From Oligoflexales bacterium (GTDB lineage Bacteria; Bdellovibrionota_B; Oligoflexia; Oligoflexales; CAIYRB01), in the NCBI GenBank assembly GCA_041736175.1, contig JBGSUI010000069.1, positions 1-64,000 on the forward strand: a DNA stretch of 64,000 nt, given 5' to 3'. Each line of letters opens with the position of its first letter. Positions within the stretch are counted from its first letter, which is position 1. A model generated the notes under the pieces. That model saw only the letters and a list, made by a program, of their open reading frames with translations. It made no database searches and was not told the DNA's origin. Positions 18,553 to 29,950 of this stretch are shown in pieces. A program made the position numbers and the translations under genes.

Positions 18553-19902
18553 TCATGGCAGCCTTCGGCTTTCGACAAGCCATGTGGCGAGATTTTTGAA
18601 TCCAGCCAGTCGATCGGGTGCGTTTAGATTTTCAAAATAAAGTCTAAACGACATGGAGTGTTCGCCCTCGTTAAATCGAGTCATATCAAAGTAAAGGGCC
18701 ATATTGACAGGACCCTCCCCCAGGGGACCTGGCTCCTCCCGGTTGCGGCTTACGGCATCTCGACCCAGGATATGTTCCTGATAGAGATGGGGGATAGCTC
18801 CTCGAAGTTTCATATCTACAGATGGTGTGAGCTCCACGTAAAGCATGCGGTCTTTGGCGGATGCTGTAATCCAATAATTGTTTTCGCTAGCAGATTCAGA
18901 TTTAAAAATACCTTTGTGAGAGTTGATTTGGTAGGGAGGCATGTTCGTCTTTATGTTTAAGTCTCCTGGATTGTCCCGCATAGCCATGCCGTAATAAAAG
19001 CCGCTGCCCCCATTCAGAGCTTTTTTTCCTTCTAAGGGATTGTAGAGGATTGCAGGGAGATAGACAGCGTTAGGAAAAAACGAGACCTCGGTGTACATGC
19101 CGAGTTCGAAGTTGAGCTTGAGAAAACTATAGTGAAAGCTGATCCGGGTGATGGATCTGATGGGGCCTACTTTAAACGCTTCGAGTTCGCTATTTATCGA
19201 ACGATGGCTAGCATTGATGGTCAAAAAATATTTGAGATCAGCCCGCATATAAAAGGTCGTGGACTCAATAAGGGGGGTCCAATCGGGTTTGCTGGTCATA
19301 TCCCCTTGGGGAGTCGGGATGCGCATATCAATCCGCCGGGCGACGAGCCAGTTTTTCTTGTCAAACCCATAGCGGTAGCGGCTGGTGGTGACCTCAGCTT
19401 GCGAAATATCGAAATTGACATATTTGCGGTCTGACAGGGGAGGGGGGTTTTTAAAGAAGACGGCTAGGTAGACGGCTCCTTGTTGATCCCCGGCAGGGTT
19501 TTTGATGGTTGAAGTCAAAATAATTTCAAAGGTCAGGGCGGGTTTCCCTTGTCCCCAATGGTCTGGCATTTTAACAGGCCCTACGTCATCTCCCATAAAT
19601 GATAGTTCGTCCTGAATGTCAAACACACCATTTCCGGTCTTAGCCGTGACGGAGCCGCCTTCCGGCAAGACATAATCTCCCCAGCTATTGATTTCATCGA
19701 TCTGAAAGGGAATCGGGACCGCATTGCCTTTGCCGTCAGATTTAAAAAGGCGGTAAGAATCGAGGGGGTATTGGGTCGTTTGGATGATGCGCGAGCCTTG
19801 GATCACGACGGGAGAGGTATGGATGGTTGCCGCAGCGCGAGGGATCCAGCTTGCAAACCAAAAGAGTAGTCCGATGCAGGAGACTGGCACAGCAGCTTTC
19901 AT
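18553..19902 (-). CDS. Hypothetical secreted protein
   Basis: 449 aa, signal peptide, GAGG RBS. Confidence 0.75.
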   Translation of the reverse strand: MKAAVPVSCIGLLFWFASWIPRAAATIHTSPVVIQGSRIIQTTQYPLDSYRLFKSDGKGNAVPIPFQIDEINSWGDYVLPEGGSVTAKTGNGVFDIQDELSFMGDDVGPVKMPDHWGQGKPALTFEIILTSTIKNPAGDQQGAVYLAVFFKNPPPLSDRKYVNFDISQAEVTTSRYRYGFDKKNWLVARRIDMRIPTPQGDMTSKPDWTPLIESTTFYMRADLKYFLTINASHRSINSELEAFKVGPIRSITRISFHYSFLKLNFELGMYTEVSFFPNAVYLPAILYNPLEGKKALNGGSGFYYGMAMRDNPGDLNIKTNMPPYQINSHKGIFKSESASENNYWITASAKDRMLYVELTPSVDMKLRGAIPHLYQEHILGRDAVSRNREEPGPLGEGPVNMALYFDMTRFNEGEHSMSFRLYFENLNAPDRLAGFKNLATWLVESRRLP

Positions 19903-20154
19903 GGGTCCTCTCTGGGAGCTTCTAGGTTCCCTCCTAGGTTAACCCATAAAACAGGATTTGTTGAGCGAGGATTCAAAAAAGCGAACGCCTCAAAAAGCAT
20001 GTAGAATTTGGTTAAGATTAAATAAATAGATCTAAGTTATCGTCTAAACAAGATGGCTACAGTGTACACTTTAAAGAAAACGCCGATAACACCTGTGGTT
20101 TTCTGATGTTTAACGTCCTGTCGATTTTGGGCAGCATGCGAGGGGCCCTCATCT

Positions 20155-20466
20155 ATGAAAAAAAGCATACCCCTAAAAGAATATGTTGGTTTTCTCAAGG
20201 CCTATGCAAACGTGCCCCTGAGTCTCAATCGGATCACACTGCCTTTTGGCGTGATTACCGGGTCCCAGGAGTCTAAAAGCATCCTTGTGGGACATATTCT
20301 GGACGATCTGGTGCATCGCTATTCCATCGAAGGTTCGATCGATATCATCGATGTAGTGACCAGCGCCCATGACTTAGGTCATGAGCAGGCTGAGGATTTT
20401 CTCGATCAGGCAGCCCAGTTTATTTATGAGCTGACCAAAGACCAAGGGCTCTACGGGGCTCACTGA
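20155..20466 (+). CDS. Hypothetical protein
   Basis: 103 aa ORF with GAGG RBS, fills the intergenic gap. Confidence 0.6.
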   Translation: MKKSIPLKEYVGFLKAYANVPLSLNRITLPFGVITGSQESKSILVGHILDDLVHRYSIEGSIDIIDVVTSAHDLGHEQAEDFLDQAAQFIYELTKDQGLYGAH

Positions 20467-20474
20467 GAGGTCGA

Positions 20475-21167
20475 TCACAGGGAACCGTTCACCAGTGGTC
20501 CTACCATAAGGTAGGCATGGCAGCCGGCACCAGCTAAGACGAAGATATGAAACACCTCATGGGATTCGATGATTTTAGGGATAGGGTTGGGCCATTTGAC
20601 GGCGTAGGCCAAAGCTCCAATGCTGTAGAGGACTCCACCGGCGACCAGCCAGATCAAGGCGTCCGTGCTTAAAGCCTTGATGATGGGATAGGAGAACAAA
20701 AGACAAAGCCAGCCCATGGCCAGGAAAATCCCAGCATCAAGCCGGGGTCGCCTGCGGCCTCGTCCCCACCAGAACCAATGATTGAAGATACCCACCGCTG
20801 CAAGGGTCCAAATCAAAATCAAAAGGGTATAGCCCCAAGGTCCCCTGAGGCCGATTAGACAAACGGGGGTATAGGTCCCAGCGATCATCAGGTACACGGC
20901 ACTTTGGTCGAGTTTGCGTACCCGCCGCTCCCAACGTAGGGGTAGGGGTAGGGCATGGTAGAGGGTGCTTGCCACAAAGACGGCGACGGTTCCGATTCCA
21001 AAGACCGTGTAGGATAAGACTGCTACGTCCGAATTTAGGGAAGGGGAATGGGGCATGGTTACGATGACCCCTAAAAATACAGCGGCGATCAAGGCTCCAA
21101 CCCCATGGGAAATCGCCGAAAACGGCTCCTTGATGCGCATTCCCCCAATTTTTAAGCGGTAATACAT
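20475..21167 (-). CDS. Hemolysin III/PAQR family membrane protein
   Basis: STLYH, LD.SAVYLMIAGTYTP and HEVFHIFV motifs. Confidence 0.92.
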   Translation of the reverse strand: MYYRLKIGGMRIKEPFSAISHGVGALIAAVFLGVIVTMPHSPSLNSDVAVLSYTVFGIGTVAVFVASTLYHALPLPLRWERRVRKLDQSAVYLMIAGTYTPVCLIGLRGPWGYTLLILIWTLAAVGIFNHWFWWGRGRRRPRLDAGIFLAMGWLCLLFSYPIIKALSTDALIWLVAGGVLYSIGALAYAVKWPNPIPKIIESHEVFHIFVLAGAGCHAYLMVGPLVNGSL

Positions 21168-21354
21168 CTCGGTAGACCTCCTTTCTCTACAAATACACCT
21201 TCTTGGACGTGGGGTCCAAGAGATGTTGACACAAGCTGCTGGAAACCTGCGAAAGGAATCAGTGGACTTTCCAGCAATCGTTAATAAGATACCCAGAACA
21301 GCGGACCGGGGGATCCTCGGTCCCCAGGGGACTAGAGATGGGGAGGTTGGCGAT

Positions 21355-23280
21355 ATGGGTGAGGTTAAGGTACGGTTGCCCGATGGTTCTGAGCGCCGTT
21401 ATGGTGCAGAGGCTACCTATAAAGATGTGGCTGCGAGCATTGGAGCAGGATTGGCAAAGGCAGCTCTTGCCGTGAGGGCAAATGGTCAGCTTAAGGATTT
21501 AGGACTCCCCCTAAAGACAGATACAGATTTAGAGATCATCACCTCAAAGTCCCCTGAAGGTCTGGAGGTGATTCGACACTCCACAGCCCATGTGCTCGCC
21601 ATGGCAGTCCAAAAACTCTGGCCAGGGACCCAGGTGACGATTGGTCCCGTCGTGGATCATGGCTTTTACTACGACTTTGCTTTTCCAGAGGCTGTGAAAA
21701 TTTCTGAAAAAGAGCTGCCCCAGATCGAAGATGAAATGCAAAAGATCGTCTCCCAAGACCTCCCTGTCTTTCGGACCGTGGTGTCCCGGCAGGAAGCGGT
21801 CGAGCGGTTTACCGCCCTTAAAGAGTCCTTTAAGGTTGAGATTATCAAGGAGCTTCCTGAAACCGAGGAGATTTCGATCTACGGTATGGGAGACTGGTTT
21901 GACCTCTGTCGAGGCCCCCACGTCCCCTCGACGGGAAAGATTGGAGCCTTTAAACTCACGATCGTAGCGGGCTCCTATTGGCGTGGTGACGAAAAAAACC
22001 CGCGTCTGACCAGGATTTATGGGACGGCCTGGGCTTCCAAAAAAGACCTGCAGGATTACTTGACCCGCCTGGAAGAAGCCAAAAAACGGGACCACCGGGT
22101 TTTAGGCAAACAGCTGGGGCTCTTTAGCTTTCATCCCGAGGCTCCTGCAAACGCCTTTTTTCATCCACCCGGAGCGCGGCTTTATTTGAGTCTTATGAAT
22201 TTTATGCGCCGTAGCAATGCCGCCCATGATTTTCAGGAGGTCAATACCCCTCTCTTGATGAACGTAGATCTGTGGCATAAAAGCGGTCACTATGAAAACT
22301 ACCGCGAAAACATGTACTTTACCAAGGTCGATGAAACCGATGCGGCGATCAAACCCATGAACTGTCCGGGCCACTGCCTCCTCTATGGGGCCACCCGGCA
22401 CAGCTACCGGGAACTGCCCATTCGGCTCTCTGAATTTGGTCGAGTCCATCGCCACGAACGGAGCGGGGTGACCCACGGGTTGATGCGGGTGAGGACTTTT
22501 GTCCAAGACGACGCCCATGTTTTCTGTGCTCCCGATCAGATCGAACAAGAGATCACCCGAGTGCTCGACCAAATCGACACAGCTTATAAGGATCTTGGGT
22601 TTAGCCAATACCGTATGGAGCTTTCGACCCGGCCTGCCAAATCCATCGGCTCAGAGGAGATCTGGACCAAGGCAGAAAAAGCCCTTAAGGACTGCCTGGA
22701 AAAATCCGGCCGTCCCTTTAAGGTTAATCCAGGGGACGGGGCTTTTTATGGCCCTAAAATCGATTTTCACCTGATCGACTCCCTAGAGAGGAGCTGGCAG
22801 TGTGGGACAGTCCAACTGGACTTTTCGATGCCATCCCGTTTCGAATTGCAGTATGTGGGCTCCGACGACAAACCCCATACTCCCGTGATGATCCATCGGG
22901 CGGTCCTGGGGAGTTTGGAACGGTTTATGGGGATTTTTATCGAACACTATGCAGGGCATTTCCCCCTTTGGGCCGCTCCTGTCCAGGTCAAACTCATCAA
23001 CGTCGCCAAGGACCAGGAAGAGTATACGGCGGTCTTGGCCAAGGAGTTTGCAGGAGCTGGGGTGCGGGTGGAAATCGACCTTCGCAACGAAAAACTTGGG
23101 TTTAAAATCCGCGAAGCCCAGCTAGCAAAAGTCCCCTATATGGTGGTTCTTGGGGAAAAAGAACGGGAGACGGGGACCGTAAGCCCGCGGTTTTGGCAGG
23201 GCCAGCAGCTAGAGGCCATGACACCCGCGATCTTTATTGAGCACCTGCGTAAAGAGTGTGGATCTCTCTGGGGAGTTTAG
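21355..23280 (+). CDS. thrS: Threonine--tRNA ligase
   Basis: TGS domain, RHSTAH, DLCRGPH, KPMNCP and GAFYGPKID; GGAGG before ATG 21355. Confidence 0.97.
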   Translation: MGEVKVRLPDGSERRYGAEATYKDVAASIGAGLAKAALAVRANGQLKDLGLPLKTDTDLEIITSKSPEGLEVIRHSTAHVLAMAVQKLWPGTQVTIGPVVDHGFYYDFAFPEAVKISEKELPQIEDEMQKIVSQDLPVFRTVVSRQEAVERFTALKESFKVEIIKELPETEEISIYGMGDWFDLCRGPHVPSTGKIGAFKLTIVAGSYWRGDEKNPRLTRIYGTAWASKKDLQDYLTRLEEAKKRDHRVLGKQLGLFSFHPEAPANAFFHPPGARLYLSLMNFMRRSNAAHDFQEVNTPLLMNVDLWHKSGHYENYRENMYFTKVDETDAAIKPMNCPGHCLLYGATRHSYRELPIRLSEFGRVHRHERSGVTHGLMRVRTFVQDDAHVFCAPDQIEQEITRVLDQIDTAYKDLGFSQYRMELSTRPAKSIGSEEIWTKAEKALKDCLEKSGRPFKVNPGDGAFYGPKIDFHLIDSLERSWQCGTVQLDFSMPSRFELQYVGSDDKPHTPVMIHRAVLGSLERFMGIFIEHYAGHFPLWAAPVQVKLINVAKDQEEYTAVLAKEFAGAGVRVEIDLRNEKLGFKIREAQLAKVPYMVVLGEKERETGTVSPRFWQGQQLEAMTPAIFIEHLRKECGSLWGV

Positions 23281-23302
23281 TTTTATTGTTTACTAAGTAG
23301 GA

Positions 23303-25084
23303 ATGATTGATATGCATCAAAGTGAATCGACTCCACGGCGGCCTTATCTGATCTGTGTAGCCTGGCCCTATGCCAATGGCCCACAGCATATTGGACATAT
23401 GACGGGGGCTTACCTGCCATCCGATGTTTTTGCGCGGTTTTTACGGATGCGCGGCGAAAAAGTGGTGATGGTGAGCGGCTCCGACAGTCATGGGACTCCG
23501 GTGAGTTTGCGGGCCCAAAGTGAAGGCCGTAGCGAAACCGAGGTCTTTGAGGCTTTTCATGGTGGGTTTATCGATTCCTATTTAAAGTTTGGTTTGACCT
23601 TTGACCTGTTTACCCATACCCATACCGAACTCCATGCCCAAGTGGTTCAAGATTTTTTTAAAGATTTGATGCAAAAAGGTTTTATCTATACGGCGCGTTC
23701 TAAACAACTCTTTGATACCACCGCCAACCGCTTTTTGCCCGACCGCTATATCGAGGGCGAATGCCCCATTTGTGGTTTTAAAGATGCCCGGGGGGACCAG
23801 TGTGATCAATGTGGCAAGACCTATGATGCGGCAGAGCTTAAGAATCCTCGCTCCAGCCTTTCTGGATCTACTGATTTAGAAGTACGGGAAACGGAGCATT
23901 TCTATTTGGATCTTGCGCCTTTTAATAAAACGCTCCTCCAATGGATTGGGACTGACAAAGATCACTGGAGGCGGCATGTCCTTAATTTTTCGAGAGGGGA
24001 GTTAGACAAGCAGGACCTGAGGGGCCGGGCGATCACCCGGGACTTAGACTGGGGTGTAAAGATCCCAATCGATGGGTATGATGATAAACGTATCTATGTT
24101 TGGTTTGAAGCGGTCCAAGGCTATCTCTCGGCCACGATGGAATGGGCCAAGCTCACAGGGGCCCCTGAGGCGTGGCAGGAGTTTTGGGTCCAAGAGCAGG
24201 GTGCTAAAAGCTATTACTTTATCGGCAAGGATAATATCACTTTCCACACTATTTTGTGGCCTGCCATGCTGATGGCCCGCCAGGGGCTAAACCTCCCCTA
24301 CGACGTACCAGCCAACGAGTACCTGAATAGCTACGGGCGTAAGTTTAGCAAGAGCCGCGGCACTTCGATCGGCATTTCAGATGTTTTGTCTAGGTACCAG
24401 GTGGATGCCTGGAGGTATGCTCTGGTTGCGATTGCTCCAGAGACGGGGGATGTGGATTTTACCTGGGATGATTTTGTCGAAAAGGTAAATAACGAGCTGG
24501 TGGCTAATTGGGGCAATCTCGTCAACCGGGTGTTAGGGTTTGCCTACAAACGTTACGAGGGGTGTGTTCCCCAGCCAGGAGAATTTAGCCCCGAAGACCA
24601 GAGGCTCTTAGACGAGATAAAGTCTGGTTTTGACTCTGTCGGCCAGCTATTTCAGGGCGTCAAGCTCCGCAATGCCCTCGAAGAGCTGCGGCGCCTGAGC
24701 CAAAGGTGTAACCAATACCTTAGCGATCATGCCCCGTGGACTCTCATTAAAACAGATCCCGCGCGGGCTGCGACGGTGGTCTATGTGGCTCTGCAGTGCA
24801 TCGACTGGCTTAAGACCATGTGGGCCCCGATCTTGATTGAGAGTAGCCAAAAGATTCACGAGTCTCTTGGGTATGACGGACCGCTTTTCGGGCGGCAGTG
24901 GACTGAAACCGTGGAGGAGTCTCACTCAAAACACCTGGTCTTAAGGTACGACCATGCCGGTGCGGTGGGGACCTGGGATTCTACGACCCGGCTAGCTCCG
25001 GGAAAAGCCATGCGTGAGCCGGCGGCTCCCTTTCAAAAGTTAGATCCGAAGGTGGTGGAGTTGGAGGGGGGTGGAGGGGCGTGA
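23303..25084 (+). CDS. metG: Methionine--tRNA ligase
   Basis: PYANG..HIGH, Zn knuckles, YVWF, GKDN and KFSKS motifs. Confidence 0.97.
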   Translation: MIDMHQSESTPRRPYLICVAWPYANGPQHIGHMTGAYLPSDVFARFLRMRGEKVVMVSGSDSHGTPVSLRAQSEGRSETEVFEAFHGGFIDSYLKFGLTFDLFTHTHTELHAQVVQDFFKDLMQKGFIYTARSKQLFDTTANRFLPDRYIEGECPICGFKDARGDQCDQCGKTYDAAELKNPRSSLSGSTDLEVRETEHFYLDLAPFNKTLLQWIGTDKDHWRRHVLNFSRGELDKQDLRGRAITRDLDWGVKIPIDGYDDKRIYVWFEAVQGYLSATMEWAKLTGAPEAWQEFWVQEQGAKSYYFIGKDNITFHTILWPAMLMARQGLNLPYDVPANEYLNSYGRKFSKSRGTSIGISDVLSRYQVDAWRYALVAIAPETGDVDFTWDDFVEKVNNELVANWGNLVNRVLGFAYKRYEGCVPQPGEFSPEDQRLLDEIKSGFDSVGQLFQGVKLRNALEELRRLSQRCNQYLSDHAPWTLIKTDPARAATVVYVALQCIDWLKTMWAPILIESSQKIHESLGYDGPLFGRQWTETVEESHSKHLVLRYDHAGAVGTWDSTTRLAPGKAMREPAAPFQKLDPKVVELEGGGGA

Positions 25085-25165
25085 AAAAAAACAAGATGAG
25101 CCCGCACTTGAATTCGGGATTATGGTCATGGGGTTTGCCGTCATAGATTGTGAGAGAGGTGCAGC

Positions 25166-25777
25166 ATTCCATATAACGAATATACAATTGAAAAATTTGA
25201 ATCGGATTTTGGATTCAAGGTACGTCTTACCAATACGGAAATTCCTACACAGGCGCGTATTGAACCATCAGAACTCATTGTAAAGACGATTAAAAGAAAT
25301 ATGGCGATCGCCATGCGGTCGGCCACAGAAAAGGCAAAATCAGAAAACTTTGTCGCACCTGTGCTCTCTGAAATAGAGGCAATCATGCCGGGTGCTATTT
25401 CCGTCTTTTCAGGCACAAAACTAACCTGTTCCGACCCTCGTCTGACTGGGTTTGTTGATTTTGCTATCAGCGCAGAGCCCAACCGACTGGTGCTTTCAAG
25501 CCCTCTTTGCACGATTGTGGAAGCGAAAAATGATGATCTATACTTGGCTTATGGCCAGCTTGCTTCTGAGCTTCTTGCTGGAAAAATTAGAAATGAGGAA
25601 GATGGGAAAAAGATATTGCCGTTTGGAATAGCAACAAACGGAATTGAATGGCAGTTTGCAGAAATAACAAAGGAATCGATTCTGATTTATACCCAGCTTT
25701 TTAATATCTCTGATCTTGGCGCGCTTATTGGAACCATTGCTGGTCTGATCAATATTCGGCTAGCGGAACTCACCTAA
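25166..25777 (+). CDS. PD-(D/E)XK-like (HsdR_N-related) protein, probable ATT start
   Basis: TEKAKSE..VAPVL, G.VDF, VEAK, GQ and GIATNG..WQF motifs. Frame open from 25154. Confidence 0.6.
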   Translation: MPYNEYTIEKFESDFGFKVRLTNTEIPTQARIEPSELIVKTIKRNMAIAMRSATEKAKSENFVAPVLSEIEAIMPGAISVFSGTKLTCSDPRLTGFVDFAISAEPNRLVLSSPLCTIVEAKNDDLYLAYGQLASELLAGKIRNEEDGKKILPFGIATNGIEWQFAEITKESILIYTQLFNISDLGALIGTIAGLINIRLAELT

Positions 25778-25992
25778 ATCTTTGCCATTGGATTTGGGTG
25801 TGGCTGTGAAACCAGTTTGCGAAAAGATGGTTTTTTGACAGTGTCTCAATCTTAAACACTGTTTACCGCTTAATGCTCTTGCCGATAAATCGAAATCATC
25901 AAACAATTCTGGCATCTTAAGATTTAAACAACCCTCCCGAGAGATTGAGACCGGCTTTTGCAGGTAATCCCATAGATTAGATTTTAAAATAT

Positions 25993-26832
25993 ATGGGGGT
26001 TGCTATGACTTTGCGACAACAATGGTGCCTTTTGTCTATCCTGAGCGGTATGGCCCTTATCGGCTTTTATGGTTGCCAAGGAGCAGGTGGCATCGGTGGT
26101 GTACCGGGCGATGGTGGTCAGTCGATCACTATGAGTGCACCCACACCAACCCCGCCATTTACAGCAGGAGTCACCCTGTTTACCTACATCTTAAAATGCG
26201 ATGGTGATCCAGCAGGCTCCCATAAAATAAACCCTGCTGCCGGTGCCGATATCGTATTTCCCAATGTAAGGGTCGCTCAGGGCGCCAATTGTAAAGTCCA
26301 GATGGCTACTGATGTTTCCAAGCTATCCTCCGCAGAATATAAATTTACGGGAGCCTTAGAGGGCGGACAAACCATTGTTTACGAAGGATCTGCAAAAACA
26401 CAGGCAGCACCAAGTGGTGGCAAAGGTTTAGTCATAGATGTGACTCTAATACCGATCTATGACTCGCCCGAAAGGGTCTCCCGTGCGGTCATTATTCCCT
26501 TTACAGTCACCCAAGCAGACGACAAACTTTTTCCTAAAAAATTTAAATTGGTATGTGGAATGATTGAAAACCCTGGATCTTGTTTTAAAGATTCAATCAA
26601 AAGTCAGGTTAAGTGCGAGGGTGTCTCTACAAAAGCCCAGGCAGACTGTACCTTGAAGGCGACTTCAGAGGATCTACAAGCAAATTACGAGTCAAAATCC
26701 TTTTCTATATCCGAAGGCAAAGCTAATACAGATGCGGAAACGGCTTCTGTGGAATTGCTCCAGGCGACCCAGGCTTCTGGTCCCATTAAGATAAACGCTA
26801 CCATTCAGCAAAAACCGACTTCTACGCCTTAG
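25993..26832 (+). CDS. Hypothetical lipoprotein
   Basis: Signal ending FYGC; paired Cys in beta-rich body. Confidence 0.7.
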   Translation: MGVAMTLRQQWCLLSILSGMALIGFYGCQGAGGIGGVPGDGGQSITMSAPTPTPPFTAGVTLFTYILKCDGDPAGSHKINPAAGADIVFPNVRVAQGANCKVQMATDVSKLSSAEYKFTGALEGGQTIVYEGSAKTQAAPSGGKGLVIDVTLIPIYDSPERVSRAVIIPFTVTQADDKLFPKKFKLVCGMIENPGSCFKDSIKSQVKCEGVSTKAQADCTLKATSEDLQANYESKSFSISEGKANTDAETASVELLQATQASGPIKINATIQQKPTSTP

Positions 26833-26852
26833 CTTAGCCAAAATCGTGACGA

Positions 26853-27089
26853 TTAATAGCACCGAAGGGTGCCCATAATCTTGACGACGCGGGTGCCACC
26901 CGTCTTATAGCAGCGCACGATTGCTTTTTTGTAATCCTGGGCTTCGTTTTCATTGACGGGAGCTGAACCGCTTTCGTTGCCAAGAACATCTCCGCTACCG
27001 CCGCCCCCGGAGGCGCATGCCAACGGTGCCAACACTAAGAAAACGGACCATGTTTTTTGAAAAAGTTCAAAAAGACTGAGCTTTATCAT
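26853..27089 (-). CDS. Small lipoprotein
   Basis: Lipobox PLAC; C-terminal Cys pair. Confidence 0.65.
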   Translation of the reverse strand: MIKLSLFELFQKTWSVFLVLAPLACASGGGGSGDVLGNESGSAPVNENEAQDYKKAIVRCYKTGGTRVVKIMGTLRCY

Positions 27090-27271
27090 ACCATCTCGCT
27101 ATGTTGTCGTAAAAAAAGTCAAGAATGGAAGGGCCAGGGGCATGACACTTTTCCGAAGCTAAGGCGTAAGTAACGCTATAGCTATCCTAGCATGGGTACC
27201 ACCCTGTGACAAATACCAGCTTTAGGTCGGAGGGGGGTAGTCGGAGTTCCTGATCTCGGCAACCAGAGGAT

Positions 27272-29422
27272 TTAGCTCAGCCGTAGCGGCAAGCGGGTCA
27301 ATCTTTTTTGGGTCAACCTATAGAGCCCGTTGGCCACTGCTGGAGCGATAGGCGGCAGCCCTGGCTCCCCTAGGCCGGTCGGAGGGTCCTGGGATGCCAC
27401 AAAAAAGACTCGGGTTTGGGGCATCTGGGACATTTTTAGGATTGGAAAATCATGGTAGTTTCTTTGTTTAACCTGGCCCTGCTTAAAGGTTAACTCCTGA
27501 AAGAGACATGCGGATAAACCAAAAGCTATAGATCCTTCCACTTGGGATCTAGCGTTGGTAGGATTGATCACCGTGCCACAGTGAACGGCAGCATCTACCC
27601 GATGGATCGTCGGGGTTTTTTGGTCCTGACCTAAGGATACTTCTACCACCTGGCCGATGACTGTGTTGAAAGATTCGTGGATCGCAAGGCCAAACCTACG
27701 ACCAGCGGCGGGTTTTTCCTTCCAGAAGGATGATTTTTCAAGGAGGTCGAGGACTGCTAGATGGCGCGGATTTTTACTGAGTAGGGGACGCCGAAAAGCC
27801 AATGGATCTTGTTGGGCAGCTTCTGCCAGTTGGTCCAAGAGGGTTTCCATAACAAAGGCTGTATGGGTGTGGCCCACGGACCGCCACCATAGGGAGGAAA
27901 TGGGAGTCTCCGGCATATGGAGATCTAAGCTCATAGCAGGAAGCTGATAGGCGGTGCCTTGGACTCCCTCGACGACGCCGCCATCAATGCCGGTTTTTCT
28001 GACTTGGGCATCAAAGGATGATCCAAGCATCACACTTTGGCCGACGATTTGATGGTGCCAAGCGATCGGCGCGGCCTTGGCATCAAGGGCAATTTTGACC
28101 CGATGTTTAGTGTAAGGTCGATAGAAGCCGCCATGCATATCGTCTTCACGCGAATAAACCAATTTAACTGGCTTCCTAAGACTCTTAGCAATCAGGCAGG
28201 CATTGACCACAAATTCGCTGGTCTTTGATGCTCTCCGGCCAAAACTGCCGCCCGCAAAAGTGGTGATCATTTCGATTTTTTCGGGCGCAAGAGCAAGGGC
28301 CTTTGCTGCGGCTGCACGGTCAGAGGTCGGCATCTGGAATGCGGACCAGATTTTGGCTTTTTTACCGTCAAAATCCACCGTACAGTTTAAAGGCTCCATG
28401 GAGGCATGGGCTAGCCACGGAAACTCAAATTCTGCTTCGATGGTCTTAGCGGCTTTTTTGAGATTGGGGAGGGTCTCAGGATGTTTGATCACCGGGGTCC
28501 CAGGTGTTTCAAAAAACTGGCTAAACCGCTGGCTTTGGGTTTCTGTGGTGGTCATGGGATCTGAGCTCAGATTCCACTTGAGTTCCAGAGCTTCGCGACC
28601 TTTAAAAGCTCCATAGGTCGAGGTGGCGACCACAGCCACAAGGTTGCCAAACACTTCGGCATGGACTACTCCGGCCACGGACTTAGCTGGTCCGAGGTTT
28701 ACAGGAGTTTTGAGAGTCGCTCCAAAGGGAGGCTGCGCCAACACCCCGTAGACCATGCCTGGCACGCGAAGATCCATGCCGTAGACAGCATCCCCACGAC
28801 TTTTTACAGGGGCATCAATCCGCGGCATGGATTGGCCAATCACTTTAAATTGGCTTGGATCCTTTAAGACCAGGGAGTCGGGTGGAATTTCTTTTTGTGC
28901 CGATGCTGCCACCGCACCATAGGCTAAAGATCCCTTTTGGGGGTGATAAATAACCCCTTTTTCTGCTCGACAACTTTTAGGAGGCACCTTCCAGCGACGG
29001 GCGGCCGCCTGGATAAGCATCTCCCTAGCCATGGCACCAACCTTGCGAAGCTGGACCCAAGACGTGGCGACCGAAGAACTCCCGCCCACAAACTGTACAG
29101 GGGCAAACATGTGATTGTAGACTGGCGCCACAGGAGAGTGTTCACAGCGAATCTGATTCCAATCACACTCTAGCTCCTCGGCGAGGAGTTGGGCTAGGGA
29201 GGTAAAAACACCTTGCCCCATTTCGAGCTTATGGATGACGACAGTCACTGTATTGTCAGACCCAATTTTAATAAAGGCGTTGGCTAGGTGGGGAGATCCA
29301 AAATTTTCTTTTTCTTCTAAGGTCGCACCCATCACCTTTTGCATCCCGTGCAGGTGGAACCCTATCACGAGTCCCAAGCTTGTTTTGACTGCAGATCTTC
29401 GACTAGTTCCTGATTTTTCCAT
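27272..29422 (-). CDS. IorB-like molybdopterin oxidoreductase large subunit
   Basis: SRR Tat-like leader, EMGQG, AHASMEP, GGSFGRR, WWRSVG and GLGEPG; AGGAGG before ATG 29422. Confidence 0.9.
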   Translation of the reverse strand: MEKSGTSRRSAVKTSLGLVIGFHLHGMQKVMGATLEEKENFGSPHLANAFIKIGSDNTVTVVIHKLEMGQGVFTSLAQLLAEELECDWNQIRCEHSPVAPVYNHMFAPVQFVGGSSSVATSWVQLRKVGAMAREMLIQAAARRWKVPPKSCRAEKGVIYHPQKGSLAYGAVAASAQKEIPPDSLVLKDPSQFKVIGQSMPRIDAPVKSRGDAVYGMDLRVPGMVYGVLAQPPFGATLKTPVNLGPAKSVAGVVHAEVFGNLVAVVATSTYGAFKGREALELKWNLSSDPMTTTETQSQRFSQFFETPGTPVIKHPETLPNLKKAAKTIEAEFEFPWLAHASMEPLNCTVDFDGKKAKIWSAFQMPTSDRAAAAKALALAPEKIEMITTFAGGSFGRRASKTSEFVVNACLIAKSLRKPVKLVYSREDDMHGGFYRPYTKHRVKIALDAKAAPIAWHHQIVGQSVMLGSSFDAQVRKTGIDGGVVEGVQGTAYQLPAMSLDLHMPETPISSLWWRSVGHTHTAFVMETLLDQLAEAAQQDPLAFRRPLLSKNPRHLAVLDLLEKSSFWKEKPAAGRRFGLAIHESFNTVIGQVVEVSLGQDQKTPTIHRVDAAVHCGTVINPTNARSQVEGSIAFGLSACLFQELTFKQGQVKQRNYHDFPILKMSQMPQTRVFFVASQDPPTGLGEPGLPPIAPAVANGLYRLTQKRLTRLPLRLS

Positions 29423-29473
29423 GGCTGGTCCCTCCTTGAGCGTCCTCTTAAAAACCACCAAACGAAACAAGAA

Positions 29474-29950
29474 TCATCCTAATTCTTCGGCAACAGTCCT
29501 AATGGCCCTCCGGATATCCATGTAGGTACCACACCGGCACAGGTAACTATCCATGGCGAGGTTGATTTGGTCCTCCGTAGGTTTGGGATTTAAGCTGAGG
29601 AGTTTTGTCGCGGCGATGATTTGGCCAGATTGGCAGTAGCCACACTGACCAACGCTCTTTTCGTTCCATACTTGTTGGACTTTTTTTGCGACCTGACCTA
29701 GGGCCGGGTCTTGGGCCAATCCTTCGATGGTCGTGATCTTTTTGCCAACCATAGACGAGGCCATAAGCTGGCAACTTCGGCTCGGCTCTCCATCGACCAA
29801 CACTGTGCAGGAACCGCAGAGGGCCATACCACAGCCATATTTAGTGCCTGTAAATCCAATCGTGTCACGGATCACCCACAGGAGAGGTATCGACTCATCG
29901 GCATCTACAGGGTGATCGCGTCCATTGATCGTGAGTTTGAAAGTGGTCAT
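29474..29950 (-). CDS. IorA-like (2Fe-2S) subunit
   Basis: GTKYGCG..LCGSCTV, QCGYCQSG and CRCGTY motifs. Confidence 0.92.
   Translation of the reverse strand: MTTFKLTINGRDHPVDADESIPLLWVIRDTIGFTGTKYGCGMALCGSCTVLVDGEPSRSCQLMASSMVGKKITTIEGLAQDPALGQVAKKVQQVWNEKSVGQCGYCQSGQIIAATKLLSLNPKPTEDQINLAMDSYLCRCGTYMDIRRAIRTVAEELG

Noticed and set aside
21223..21354. N-terminal extension of ThrRS
   Set aside because: The RBS and TGS domain start point to ATG 21355. The small GGACCG/CGGTCC hairpin there is too weak to call a regulatory leader.
25071..25283. 70-aa ORF overlapping the metG end
   Set aside because: Overlaps the better-supported extended frame starting at 25166.
25946..25962. sigma54 box before the 25993 lipoprotein
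   Set aside because: The -24 element reads AG rather than GG, so it was not counted.
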